The notes beneath the pieces were generated by a model. The model was not told the DNA's origin and made no database searches. It saw nothing but the letters and a program-made list of their open reading frames with translations. Positions 1 through 56,089 of a stretch of DNA of 64,000 nucleotides are shown here, one piece after another; the stretch's first letter is position 1, and each line of letters starts with the position of its first letter. Location of the stretch: assembly GCA_051294375.1 (NCBI GenBank), contig CM119268.1, forward strand, positions 3,499,856-3,563,855, in the 5' to 3' direction. Both the position numbers and the translations under genes were made by a program. The stretch is from Paraspadella gotoi. Its lineage: Eukaryota; Animalia; Chaetognatha.

Positions 1-2
1 CG

Positions 3-728
3 ATTGCCAAGACAAATGCGATTGCCAAGACAAATGCGATTGCCAAGACAAATGCGATTGCCAAGACAAATGCGATTGCCAAGACAAATGCGATTGCCAA
101 GACGAATGCAATTGCCCAGACGAATGCGTTTGCCCAGACGGATTTAGGGGCCGTAGAGGATTCAGAGGCCGTAGAAGATTCAGAGGCCCCAGAGGATGCA
201 ATGGCCAAGAAGAATGCGATGGCCAAGGAGGGTTCAGGGGCCATAAAGGATTCAGAGGCCGTAGAAGATTCAGAGGCCCAAGAAGATGCAGAGGCCAAAG
301 AGGACGCGGTTCCCCAGGAAGATGTGATGGCCAAGAAGGATGCGATGGCCAAAGATTCAGAGGCCGTAGAAGATTCAGAGGCCAAAGAGGACCCAGAGGC
401 CAACGAGGATGCGATGGCCAACGAGGATACGGTAGCCCGGGTGGACGCGGTAGCCCGGGTGGACGCGGTAGCCCGGGTGGACGCGGTAGCCCGGGTGGAC
501 GCGGTGGCCCGGGTGGACGCGGTAGCCCGGGTGGACGCGGTGGCCCGGATGGACGCGGTAGCCCGGGTGGACGCGGTAGCCCGGGTGGACGCGGTAGCCC
601 AAGAGGACGCGGTAGCCGAGGTGGACGCAGCGGCCAATGAGAAATCGCAGACCATGAAGAACACTGGAGAACGATTGAAGAACGAACATGTTGGCCGAAT
701 GCTTGGCCGATGCTTGATAAACATTTAA
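3..728 (+). CDS. 3' end of a low-complexity hexapeptide-repeat protein, 5'-truncated by the window
   Basis: Frame is open from base 3 to TAA at 726-728. 18-nt repeats encode (IAKTNA)n, (EDSEAV/EDAMAK)n and (ARVDAV)n, followed by a unique tail; AATAAA at about 923 and 931. Confidence 0.55.
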   Translation: MAKTNAIAKTNAIAKTNAIAKTNAIAKTNAIAKTNAIAQTNAFAQTDLGAVEDSEAVEDSEAPEDAMAKKNAMAKEGSGAIKDSEAVEDSEAQEDAEAKEDAVPQEDVMAKKDAMAKDSEAVEDSEAKEDPEANEDAMANEDTVARVDAVARVDAVARVDAVARVDAVARVDAVARVDAVARMDAVARVDAVARVDAVAQEDAVAEVDAAANEKSQTMKNTGERLKNEHVGRMLGRCLINI

Positions 729-2036
729 ACAGAAAAGGAACAATCAAGCAAACGGAAAAAATATCTCCGGCGTTGCTATCCAACGATGCTGCTACCCAAC
801 AATGGCACAAGTCAAGATTAGAAACGGCAAGACATTGTCGCGAGAAAATATTCATTCTCTTTTATGTAGTAGTTTGAAAAATGTTTTTATTATCGTCATG
901 ATTGTTTATAATTTCATCGTACAATAAAACAATAAAACCGGCCGTGTAAATTTATATCAAGTCGCGATTTAAAATTAAAAAACGTAAATATTTGAATCAG
1001 TTAGGCCTTAGGGGTAATGTCTAATAATGTTACGTCACGTTAACTCACCCCGACGATAATATCTTCGAAATAAGGACCTATCACGTCATGTTAGCTCGCC
1101 CACACGCAAAAGATCTTCGAATAAAGGGCCAGACATTGGAGAAAATTCGCCAAAAGTTATCAAAATCATTTTTCTCCGAATCTCGGTCGGTCGATCATTT
1201 CCATCAAACGCCGTTTTTTCTTTTTTTTTTCCTCAATCAAACTTGACCTTAATAAATGACCGGTTTCACAGGTCATCATAAAATTTTATGTGAGGTTTTA
1301 TGATCAGCGAGAGATAGTCGGCGATCTTCAACCAGTTTTTCGACTAAATCAAAATTACGATTATTTTTCTCCTTCTAAAAACTTTTATTAAAATCGCCAT
1401 TTATTCCGAGAGTTATTTTACGGCTCCGAGATTTAGGAGTCGGAATACGTTTTACGAGGTCGCACGAACCCGCAAGTTGTTGGAAGATGATTCCCCGTTA
1501 GAATGGCTGTACTATCTTATTATTGAGATTGTTACTGGTTAAAATGTTTATGAATTAATATCTAATAAGCTTAACTGAAAGGAGATAAGCAATGGTGGCT
1601 GATTACATTATTTATTTTATTATTAACTTAATGGTAATACACGAGATAAATAAGGGTTAATATGTAATGATGTATTATTAATTAAAAGTAGTAAGCTACG
1701 AAAAGAGCATAGTGGTTAAGACAGACACTGAAATCCGAGCTGAATTATGGCCAGAATTTTGACAATAACATTCTTCTATCGAAACCTCAGCTAGTCTCTC
1801 TAAGAAAAATACTTTCATTTGTAAAGCTACAATATTCGAATCTTACTTGTAAAACTCAATCATTATCAAACCCTATTAAAAGAATAGCTAAAATCGTAAA
1901 ATCAGACTACAATGAAAACCGAATCAAAATATAATAAAAATGATCTAATCTGCGGAAATATGTAAATGAGATTGAAGAACTCAATCTCATTAGAAATTAA
2001 CAAGTTATTCTGCTATATAATCTCATGTTAACTCAC

Positions 2037-46173
<44,137 letters not shown>

Positions 46174-47689
46174 CTGAAGGAGGAATCCAAGCGAAGCAGC
46201 CACGGATTACGACGATGGCGACGACGATGACGAGCGACAAGACGACGACGTTGACAAGAGACGACAAGGAAGAGGGGCCGCCGGCGAAAGCAAAAAAACC
46301 AAAAAATAAAAACAAAAGGCGAATTAATTGTTAACATTTATAACAACGATTTAAATTAAATCCGATCTGCTTTTTAAATTCTGAAAGGCCGGCGATTTCA
46401 CTAAAAAAAAAACTGGACCAGCATTATAAAAAACCAGTGCTGCCCGCCAATACATGTAAATCGTTTCAAGGCGATTAAGCTGAACTGTTCACTGTGGCAC
46501 TAATAGTTTTTTTTCAACTTGCATCATTTTAGATTAAAAACCCGTTAAGATAAGGCAGGATTTAAAGAAGAAAAGTAGTAATGAATCCTTAATTAGAATA
46601 TGCTTGAATAGCTTAGTCAATGTCCGTTTTGTTGCGGGGTTTGAAAGTATTGAATTATTCAGTCCCCAAACAGTTCTATTGAAAGTTATATTAATTTTTG
46701 AAAGATTTCCATTCTCTCGTTCCACAAGAGGGAAACGCCAAGACGACCAGTTAGGGTCTTGGACTTTTTGAAATGTCTTCTTTCAAATTATTCCAAATTT
46801 GTTTTATTTTGGAATGCAACGCAACAAAATCATGTGCCTTTTTTCTCCGTTTTTGCTAAAAACATTGTTAAAACTTGTGCCTAATTTTTATATTTGGTCT
46901 TCATATTAAAAATATATTTTTTTATATTTTTTTATAATTTTTTTAATTTTATCTTCTTCGAATGGCTGTAGTTGGTTTATTAATTCTAATTGTCAGCAGG
47001 ACATCAACCTGCCATTTTCCTTTATATTGCCTTCAATTCTTTTGTGTCTCTCTTGCAATATATGCCACATTAAAGATATAAAAATGAAACAGGTAATTCT
47101 GCAATATTTTCATATTTTGCAAAAATATAAAAAAAATTTTTTAAAAATATCTTACGATAAAAAAATTGAAAAAAACACGTATTTTGTTAAAAAGCAGCGT
47201 GCAAGTTGAAATCTAGTGGACGTGCAGATCAAAAATTTTTTGCAATTCTCTTTTGTCTTACAAAAGGCCTTCCTATTTTTATAAGGCCTTTTAGTAAAAT
47301 AGGGTGAACAACTACAAAAAAAAGATGTGGACCAAAATTTACAATTTTCGGGGGGTAAGTTAAAATCGCTTAAGCGAATAAAAAACAAGCGACTTGCACA
47401 ATCATCAATAAACAAGTTGAGCAAACAATGTCGGATCTGCCTACAATAATTAATTTAATTAATTAATCGATTAATTAATTAATTAATTTTAATATGTAAT
47501 AATTAATTTTAAAGTTACATTTCAACTTTATTCATCATCGATGACCTTAAAATCTGAGGTTCAGGACAGTTATTAAATAGTATTTGTTTACATTTTATAA
47601 AAACAACACAAATATCCTCTATTTTATTTATCTCTCTCTCTCTCTCTCTCTCTTTTGTGCAATTGCGACGCCATTGCTTTTAAGATTTT

Positions 47690-48150
47690 TTAACTTGCCA
47701 TCATTTTAAACTGCCATCATTTTTTCAACTTGCATCATTTTTTCAAACTTGAATCATTTTTTCAACTTGAATCATGTTTTCAACTTGAATCATTTTTTCA
47801 ACTTGAATCATTTTTTCAACTTGATATCATTTTTCCAACTTGAATCATTTTTCAACTTGAATATCATTTTTTCAACCTGAATCATTTTTCAACTTGAATC
47901 ATTTTTTTCAACTTGAATCAATTTTTTCAACTTGAATCATTTTTCAAACTTAATCATTTTTTCAACTTGCATTCATTTTTTCAACTATGCATCATTTTTT
48001 CAACTTAGCATCATTTTTTTCAAACTCTGCATCATTTTTCAACTTGCATCATTTTTTCAACTTGGCATCATTTTTTCAACTCTTGCATCATTTTTCAAAC
48101 TTGCATCATTTTTCAACTGCATCATTTTTTTTCACTTGCATCAATTTTTT
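47690..48150. repeat. About 19-bp tandem minisatellite; shorter copy at 49545-49620
   Basis: TTTTTCAACTTGAATCAT / TTTTTCAACTTGCATCAT units. Confidence 0.85.
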
Positions 48151-49457
48151 TAAATCGCACATTTTTTCACATTAATGTAATTAATTAATTAATTAAAAAC
48201 ATTTATTAGTTAATCATTAATAATAAAGATTCAAGTAAATGTGACTTATGTTTTTTCCATTTAAACTCATTCTCCACTTGCACAATCCGTCAAAAACTTT
48301 ATATCTGCTTCTTCTCACACTTTCCTACCGCTCCACAAAATTTCATCTCAATGGTATCATGGGTTAAAATAAATAAAAAGATTTCAAGTAATGCTGACTC
48401 ATATTTTTTCATTTAAACTCAGTTTCCCCACTCGTACGTTTCCACCGAAACTTTATTATCAAGCTTCTTCACACATTTTCCTAACCCACACACAAAATTT
48501 CATTCCAATTCAACCAGCCCATCACGATTATTGAAGCTTTTGCCTAAGGTGGGACGATGGACGGATTGATTGATCTGATTAATTAATTATTGATTAATTG
48601 ACTAATTTATTAATTAACTGATTAATTATTTGATTTATAATACATCCTTGCATATACATTTAATATAAAAGGAAAAGAAGCATAATCAATTAGTTGAAAC
48701 AGGTTTTTTGTTTTTTCCAATTTTAAACTCATTTCCACCTCAAACGATTCCATCGAAACTTGTTTTCCTGTTCATCACACACTTTCCTACCCACATACAA
48801 AATTCCAGCGTTCAATTGCCCCATCCAACTCATGAGCAATTAATTATGCAATTATTAATTAATTTGATTTGAAATGTATTGTTATTAGGTTATTTTCGCC
48901 ACTAACCATGACAAAAGCAATGACGACGATGAGAATAATGCCGATTGATGATTGACTGATTGATTGATTGAATCAATAAATAATAAAGATAAATAAAATT
49001 GATTGATTGAATAATTAATTAATAGTAAATAAATTGCATTTGAATTGAATAATTAATTGACATTCATAAATTGACTGATTAATTAATTATTGACATTAAT
49101 TAACTGATTTTCCTTTTTAATTATATGTAAGCTATCTCTCTCTCTTCTTCCCCAGTTGCTGATTCATCGCGGGAAAAAAAACGAGTCTCAGAAGCTCTGC
49201 AGGGCTCTTTCTTTATTCTCTCTTTTCTCCTTGCTGCCTTCTTGCTGCCTTGCCTTTTGATTTCTTCTTTTTTCTGGCTGCCTCTGCTTCTGCACTGCTG
49301 ATTTCGTCCGAAAAACGATCTCTCTCTCTCTCTCTCTCTGCGTTTTTGTTTAAAAAAAATTGAATTAGGATTGAACTCGTAAAATTATGCCCAATCGCAT
49401 TCGTGCATGTTTATCATTTTGCTATTGTAATATCAATTTTTAATTACCCTTTTTATT

Positions 49458-49489
<32 letters not shown>

Positions 49490-50935
49490 CTCTTCTCTCG
49501 CAATTATGCAATTGCCGACGATCCTTATGCTTTTAAGATTTTTTTTAACTTGCATCATTATTTTCAACTTCCATCATTTTTTCACTTGCATTCATTTTTC
49601 AACTGGCATCATTTTTTTAAATTGCAACATTTTTCCACATTAATTAATTAATTAATTAAAACATTTATTAGTAATCATAAATCATAAAGCATTCATGTGA
49701 CTTATTTTTTTCCATTTAATCATTTCCACTGTACAATCCGTCAAAACTTTATATCTAGCTGCTTAATGAATTTTATTTGATTAATTAATTGACTAGATTG
49801 ATATAATTAACTGATTATTATTTGATTTATTCATACATCCTGAATATACATTTAATAAAAGCGAAAAAGAACATAATCAGATTAGTGAAACAGGTTTTTG
49901 TCTTTTTCCATTTAAACTCATTTCCACTCAAACGATTTTCCATCGAAACTTATTTCCTGTTCAATCACCACACTTTCCTACCCACATATAAAAATTCAGG
50001 CAATCGCCCCATCCACTCATGAGCAATTGCGTGTTCAATATGAAATATATTTTTTGTTTGTTGGCCATTTAAACTCATTTCCCCTCAGGACGATTCATCG
50101 AAACTTTATATCCAGCCTTCAACACACACTTTTCCCTACCCACACACAAAAATTTATTCCAATCCATCCATCCAATCACGAGCTAATTTGGTGGTTTTTT
50201 GCCTAAGGTGGGACGACGGCGACGCACGCACGGACGACAGACAGAAAGCGACAGACAGGACAGATCGGAACTGGCCACGGACATCAATTCTTTTTGCCAT
50301 AATTTTATCATAATTCGATGTTTCTCGCCTTGACTATAAGTTAGTGCCGACAAATAATTTGAGGGGGCGGACCGACGGACCGATCAAACACCCCAAACAC
50401 AGCTGAGCATCTCATAGAGTCGGGATCTGCTGATAAGCAGATCCGACTACAAAAATTATTTTTAAAATAATTTAAGATAAAAAAATCTAGAGAAAAAAAA
50501 AATTCTTAAACACTAGCGCGATCGAGCCTTCTTTTGATGCATAACCAAATACTTTGATGCGATGATAAACCATAATATTTGATGCGATGCATAACAAATA
50601 TTGATGCAGATGATAACCAAATATGACGCGGATGATAACCAATTAAAATTGCATGCGCATGATAACAAAATGACTGATGCTGGGATGATATTCAAATGAT
50701 TGATGCGATGATAGTCATTCATTGCATCATGATGATTAATCATTCATTGATACGCATGATAAGTCATTCATTGATTGCGTGATAGTAATTCATTGATCGC
50801 GATGAATCAATTCATCGTAAATAAAACAAACAAATCTCGGATGTTAAATTTGGGAGTGATTTTGATATTGAGAAAAAAGCGCGCGAATAAATGGCCGACT
50901 AAATAACAAGTTTTCTTTAGAAGGAAAAACACAAA

Positions 50936-50968
<33 letters not shown>

Positions 50969-51229
50969 AAAAGAAGCCGCCGCCGACGACGAAGACCCGC
51001 CCGCCAGACGACGACGTCGTCACAAAAGAAGCAAACCTCAAAACTTATAGATCGTCTGAACCGGCCTTCGCCACACGACCGTCATGGCCATTAAAAAAGT
51101 TTTTTTTAGTTTTTCAACGAATTTGTTTTTATTGATAACAGACATGTCTATCGCGCTTTTATATTCAGCCTTCTTCGGTGTTTTAGTTTGTGAATTGGAC
51201 AAATTATTGCTGCAAAAGCATCACTCTAA

Positions 51230-51430
51230 TCGTGTTCAACTTACCCTGTCCTTCACCTCTGACCACTCCATGTCTCACCCACTTTTGTTGGAAACTTTAG
51301 CTCTCTCTCTCTCTCTCTCTCCTCTCACCACACTTCTTCTTTTGCCACAATAATTTGTCCAATTTCACAAACTAAAAACATGAAGAAAGGCTTTGAATAC
51401 TAAGCCGAAACATGTCTGTTCCATCAATAA
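51230..51430 (+). mobile_element. Third fragment of the same hammerhead-bearing repeat
   Basis: Similar CCTGTCCT(T)CACC...TTGGAAACTTT...(CT)n body, then AACA-TGAAGA-AA-GGCTT..AAGCC-GAAACATGTC-TGTT. Confidence 0.5.
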
Positions 51431-52229
51431 ACACAACAAATTCGTTGAAAACTATAAAAAACTTTGTTTTCTCTAAAGAATCTTTACATTGAAAAGAAAG
51501 GTTTATCACATAAGATAAAAAATCGAAAAAAACACTTGCTATTTTGTTGATAGCACGCGTGCAAGTGAACGATCTAGTGTGGTGCAGACCAAAGAGCAAT
51601 GAATGTTCTACCTTTGTCTTACACAAGACCTCCTGCTTTTGTAAAAAGCCACTCTCTAGTAGAAATCGCTAGGGTGAAAATACAACCACAAGATTTGAAT
51701 GGGGCTGTTCTTTTGTTTTCCAGAAAATCGACTCTCTGTTTGTGGAGCATCTGTTTTATAAGACCAAAACAGGCAAAAAGTTTGCTTTTTTGTGTAAAGC
51801 GACTGCGACAAGAGATCTAGTGGGTAGCAGACATAAGAGCAAACTTTCTATAGAAATAAAGGGAAAAGTGCTCATAGTAGAAAAAGTAAGAGACAATCAC
51901 TCGTAGTAGGCTAACAAAAGTTACAAAGACGGAAAAAATAAAAAGAAAAAATTGAAAAAAAAAGAAAAAGGAGCGGCCCAAAATTGTACAATTTTCGGGG
52001 GTTAAGTTAAATCGCTAAAGCGAATTTACGAATTGACGACAAGGTGTTTCTTCTCCCCGAGGGCGTCATCATTTTTTTTACTCTCTCCTCTCTCTCTCTG
52101 TCTCTCTCCTCTTCTCTCTCTCTCCTCTTCTCTCTCTCTCTCTCTCTCTCGCTCTCTGCTCTCTCTCTCTCGTTCTCGATCCTCTCTGCGCCACCGCCAA
52201 TCACCAAACGCCGCTCCCCTTTAAAAAAA

Positions 52230-52526
52230 ATGTTCCGTCAAATTTCGTTCGGGTTCGGCGACGTGACGCCCCAACCAACGGACGAGGGCGCCGCTTCCTT
52301 CAAAGGCGTCGACGCGACATCCAAGGCCTCGTCCGCCATGTGGTCGCAGAGGGCGAAGGATGAGAGAAAGGACTACTTCGAGTTCAAGCCGTTGGTCGAG
52401 TCATTCAGGTCTGACAAACGTTCGAAATTGTTCGTTAAATTTATTTAAATATTATCCATTTTTAAATGGTTTAATTTATTGATTTTGTTTAAAGTTGCTG
52501 AATTTATTTATCGATGTCTCTCGTTT

Positions 52527-52570
<44 letters not shown>

Positions 52571-54646
52571 GAGAGAGAGAGAGAGAGAGGAGAGAGGAGA
52601 AAGAGAGAGAGAAGAGAGAGAGAGATAGGAGAGAGAGAGAGAGAGATAGAGAGAGAGCGAGCCCAACACCATCCACAGCCCATCCGCCACCCCTTCTCCA
52701 CCCCTACACACAGCGCCAACCCATTTGACCGCCACCACGCCGCCACCGCCATCTTGTCCAACGTGACTCGATCCATGACGGGACTCGGCTTCTCCAACTT
52801 ATTTCGCAAGGACGCCGCTTTAGAATCCGACGCCGCTCGAAAGGGCGCAGGCGTGGATTCCAACGCGGACGGCGCCGAATTCCGGCGTCGCCTTTCTAGC
52901 GACGCGAATTGCTCGGCGGTGGATGGAAAAGACGCCGGCGACGTCACCTCAGCGCCACTGGGGATCGGCGCCGTAGGAACGCGCCGGTTAGGAAGAACGA
53001 CGTCGGCGACGAAGGCGGCGCCGGAAGGGGCGACGACGACGACGACGACGACGACGAAACAGGCGAAGATCGTTTTGTCGGAGAAATCGTCGCCGGTAGA
53101 TGGCGGAGAGTCGAAGGCCAAGAAAGCGATTGTGAAATTAGTGAGGTGAGAGTTATTTTGATAGGATGGCCTTTTTATAATTATAAAATTGGTAAGCAAA
53201 ATATAAATTATCCATTCATTTGATAAATAAGCTATTTTGCCCCTGACTTTGGACAGGCTTTGGTGGTTTAAGGCCTCCATCACTCTTACAAGATAATGAC
53301 ATAGCAGGTCCCTGCAAGCTTTCAATCAAGACTTTATAACAGTCTCGTTGATTCACTCCCCATCAATGAAGTGGTATAAAATTTCAAAGAATCTTTCAAT
53401 TGTCTGAAAAGACCAAACCCTTTAATATTATATTATAATAAATTACATTATTTTAATAAATAAATAACTATATATTATATTCAAATAAAGTAAGTTTTAC
53501 AAATGTCTAACAGACTGTTTTCTGGGAAAGAACAATAAAAGGGCAGAAGGAGAGAGAAAAGGAAGAAAACTTTGGAGCAATAAAGAATAAAGAAGTACCT
53601 AAACGACATGATAATTAAACGCTGAAATTCTCTCTCTCTCTTCTCTCTCTCTCTTCTCTCTCTCTCTCTCTCTCTCTCCTCTCCTCTCTCTCTCTCTCTT
53701 TCTCCCACTCAGACAAATCAGTCAAAAAGAAGCTGGTCAAGCGGCTCAGCTCTCACGCGCTGGACCGTCGTAGCAGCGTCGCCAAGCCGGACCGAGGCAG
53801 CACCGGAGACTGCGGCGGCAGCGTCGGAACCAGCGCCGGCGCCAGCAGCGTCATCGCAGCGAGGGACCGCTCAGGCAGCGTCTCGAAATTTTCACGCAAA
53901 TCGAGTCGATCGGCGCTGGAGCGAGGAAGGAGCGGAAAAAAATCAGAAGAGGAGTTTTTGAGGAGCGACGTAAATAATCTGGTTCAGTTGGGGAAAGAGA
54001 CTCACAGAAAGGTGAGGAGTTGTTGTTGTTGTTGTCGTCGCTCTACTTGTCATCGCTACTGGCTTTGCTTATGGCAGTTTTCAGGCCAAGATATATTTCT
54101 TTTTTTTTTAAATAGAAGCATTTATTTTTTAAACATTTGCTCTATTCATATTATCATTACAGGAGATACAGAGATGTCTACTTACTTAAATGTTATTATT
54201 AATTTCTTATAATTACATTTTTTTAGGTGGAGTGTCTGCTTAACACCGAGGAAGGTTGGGATCTCGAGCAAGTCTTGGACGAAGGGGGAAAGATTTACAG
54301 GTAACAATTTTTAGTGAGCTTGATTCCCTTTGCATTTACAATTTTCAATCCTTCATAATTTTCAACCGCTCCCAATTTTCAACCGCTCACAATGTTTAAT
54401 CCTTCCCAATTTTCAACCCCTATCTTACCCTCTTGACCCTTTCTCACCCCCCCTTTAGTCGCAACGAGCCGGGTCAAGGCAAAGTCTTCAAGGCGGTCGC
54501 GAAGGCGCCCATCGAATTCGACAAACTCTTCGAAGAGATCGTCGTCAAGGACGCCCAGCGAGTGGAACTCAAAGCTCAAGAATTTTAAGAAGATTCAAAG
54601 TGAACGAGAGAGAGGAGAGAGAGAGAGAGGAGAGAGAGCGAAGAGA

Positions 54647-54679
<33 letters not shown>

Positions 54680-55023
54680 GATGAGAGAGAGAAAGAGATA
54701 GATAGATAGACGAGAAAGCTTTAGCGGCCAAAGAAACGAACAAAAATGATGTTTGACAATCGTTTTAGAGTGAAAACGCGTATCTTGAATAATTTGAACA
54801 CCCGCCCCGCCCCCCACGCCCCCACACATTTTCCACCATCATCCACCAACACCAACAACAACAACCACAACGACCCACGCGCCCCCACAGATCGACAGCC
54901 GAACGGGACATCGCGATGAATCAAACGACTCAACTCGGGTCGCGGATCGTCTCCTCGCGCGACTTCATCGATCTGCGTCACTGGAAAAGGGGAAGCGGGG
55001 ATGAGAGCATCATCGCTTCGGGG
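52230..55023 (+). CDS. START-domain lipid-transfer protein (StAR/STARD3-like), partial, with frameshifts that are probably sequence errors
   Basis: Exons about 52230-52408, 52714-53145, 53713-54011, 54227-54300, 54459-54599, 54891-55023. Peptides EEGWDLEQVLDEGGKIYS, GKVFKAVAKAPIEFDKLFEEIV, EWNSKL, IVSSRDFIDLRHW match the START fold. Confidence 0.7.
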
Positions 55024-56089
55024 GTGAGAATTTAGGAGATGGAACCGAACAAATCGTTCACTTAATGAGAGAGATGAACGAATCTAGGAAATATTTATTT
55101 AAACGTTTAATCACATCGAACCACATCAAATTAAATCAATTCACATCGACAAAATCGAATTTAATTTAATAAATCAAATTCAATCAAATCTACATAATCA
55201 ATAAAATTAGGCAAATTTAATCAAACATATCATCGCATCTATCAAAGTAACCCAACCAATCTAATCAATCAATCAAAACCAATCAATCAATCAAAACATC
55301 CAACTCTATCTTTCTCAATAAAAAGAATCTCCCCNNNNNNNNNNNNNNNNNNNNNNNNNATCGGAAGCGAAAAGGAAAGAGATGTGCAGGCAGGCGTTGA
55401 GAGGGAAATGGAGTAGCTTGGAGGAAGAGAGAAAAAGGAAAGAGATGTGGAGACAGCGTTGGAGGAAGGAGTAGATGAGGAAAGGAGACGGAAAAGGAAA
55501 GAGTTGTGGAGGCAGCGTTGAGAGTGAATGGAGGAGATAATATACCGAAAGGACGCAGGAAAAGGAAAGAGATGTGGAGGCAGCGTGAGAGGAATAGAGG
55601 AAGGAGAGGAAAGGTAAAGAGATGTGGAGCAGCGTTGAGGAGGATGAGGAAAAAGAGGAAGGAAAGAGATGTGGAGCCAGCCGTTTGAAGGTTATGGAGA
55701 TAATGGAGAAAACGAGAGGGAAAAGGAAAGCAGATGTGGAGGCACGCGTTAGAGGAATGGAGTAGATGGGGAGGAAAGGAGGGAAAAGTTAAAGAGATGT
55801 TGAGCACGGTGAGAGGAATGGATGTAGACTGGAGGAAGAGAACGGGAAGATGGAAAGAAAGTGGAAAAAGAAAAATAAGAACAAATAGAAAAGGTATCCT
55901 TTTGAAATTTAACAAAGTTATAAAAATCCGCTCGCTTTTTTCTTCTCTCATATCCCTTTCCTTCCTTTCTGCTCCCCTTTCCGCCTTAATGAAATTACTT
56001 ACTTATTTCACGACTATCGGTATTCACACCTCGTGGAAGAGTGACACACGGACATGATAGTCTATCAACTCTCGTTTTCCTTGTACATA

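Noticed and set aside
375-743. Minus-strand ORF with (GYRVHP)n
   Set aside because: Antisense shadow of the plus-strand 18-nt repeat.
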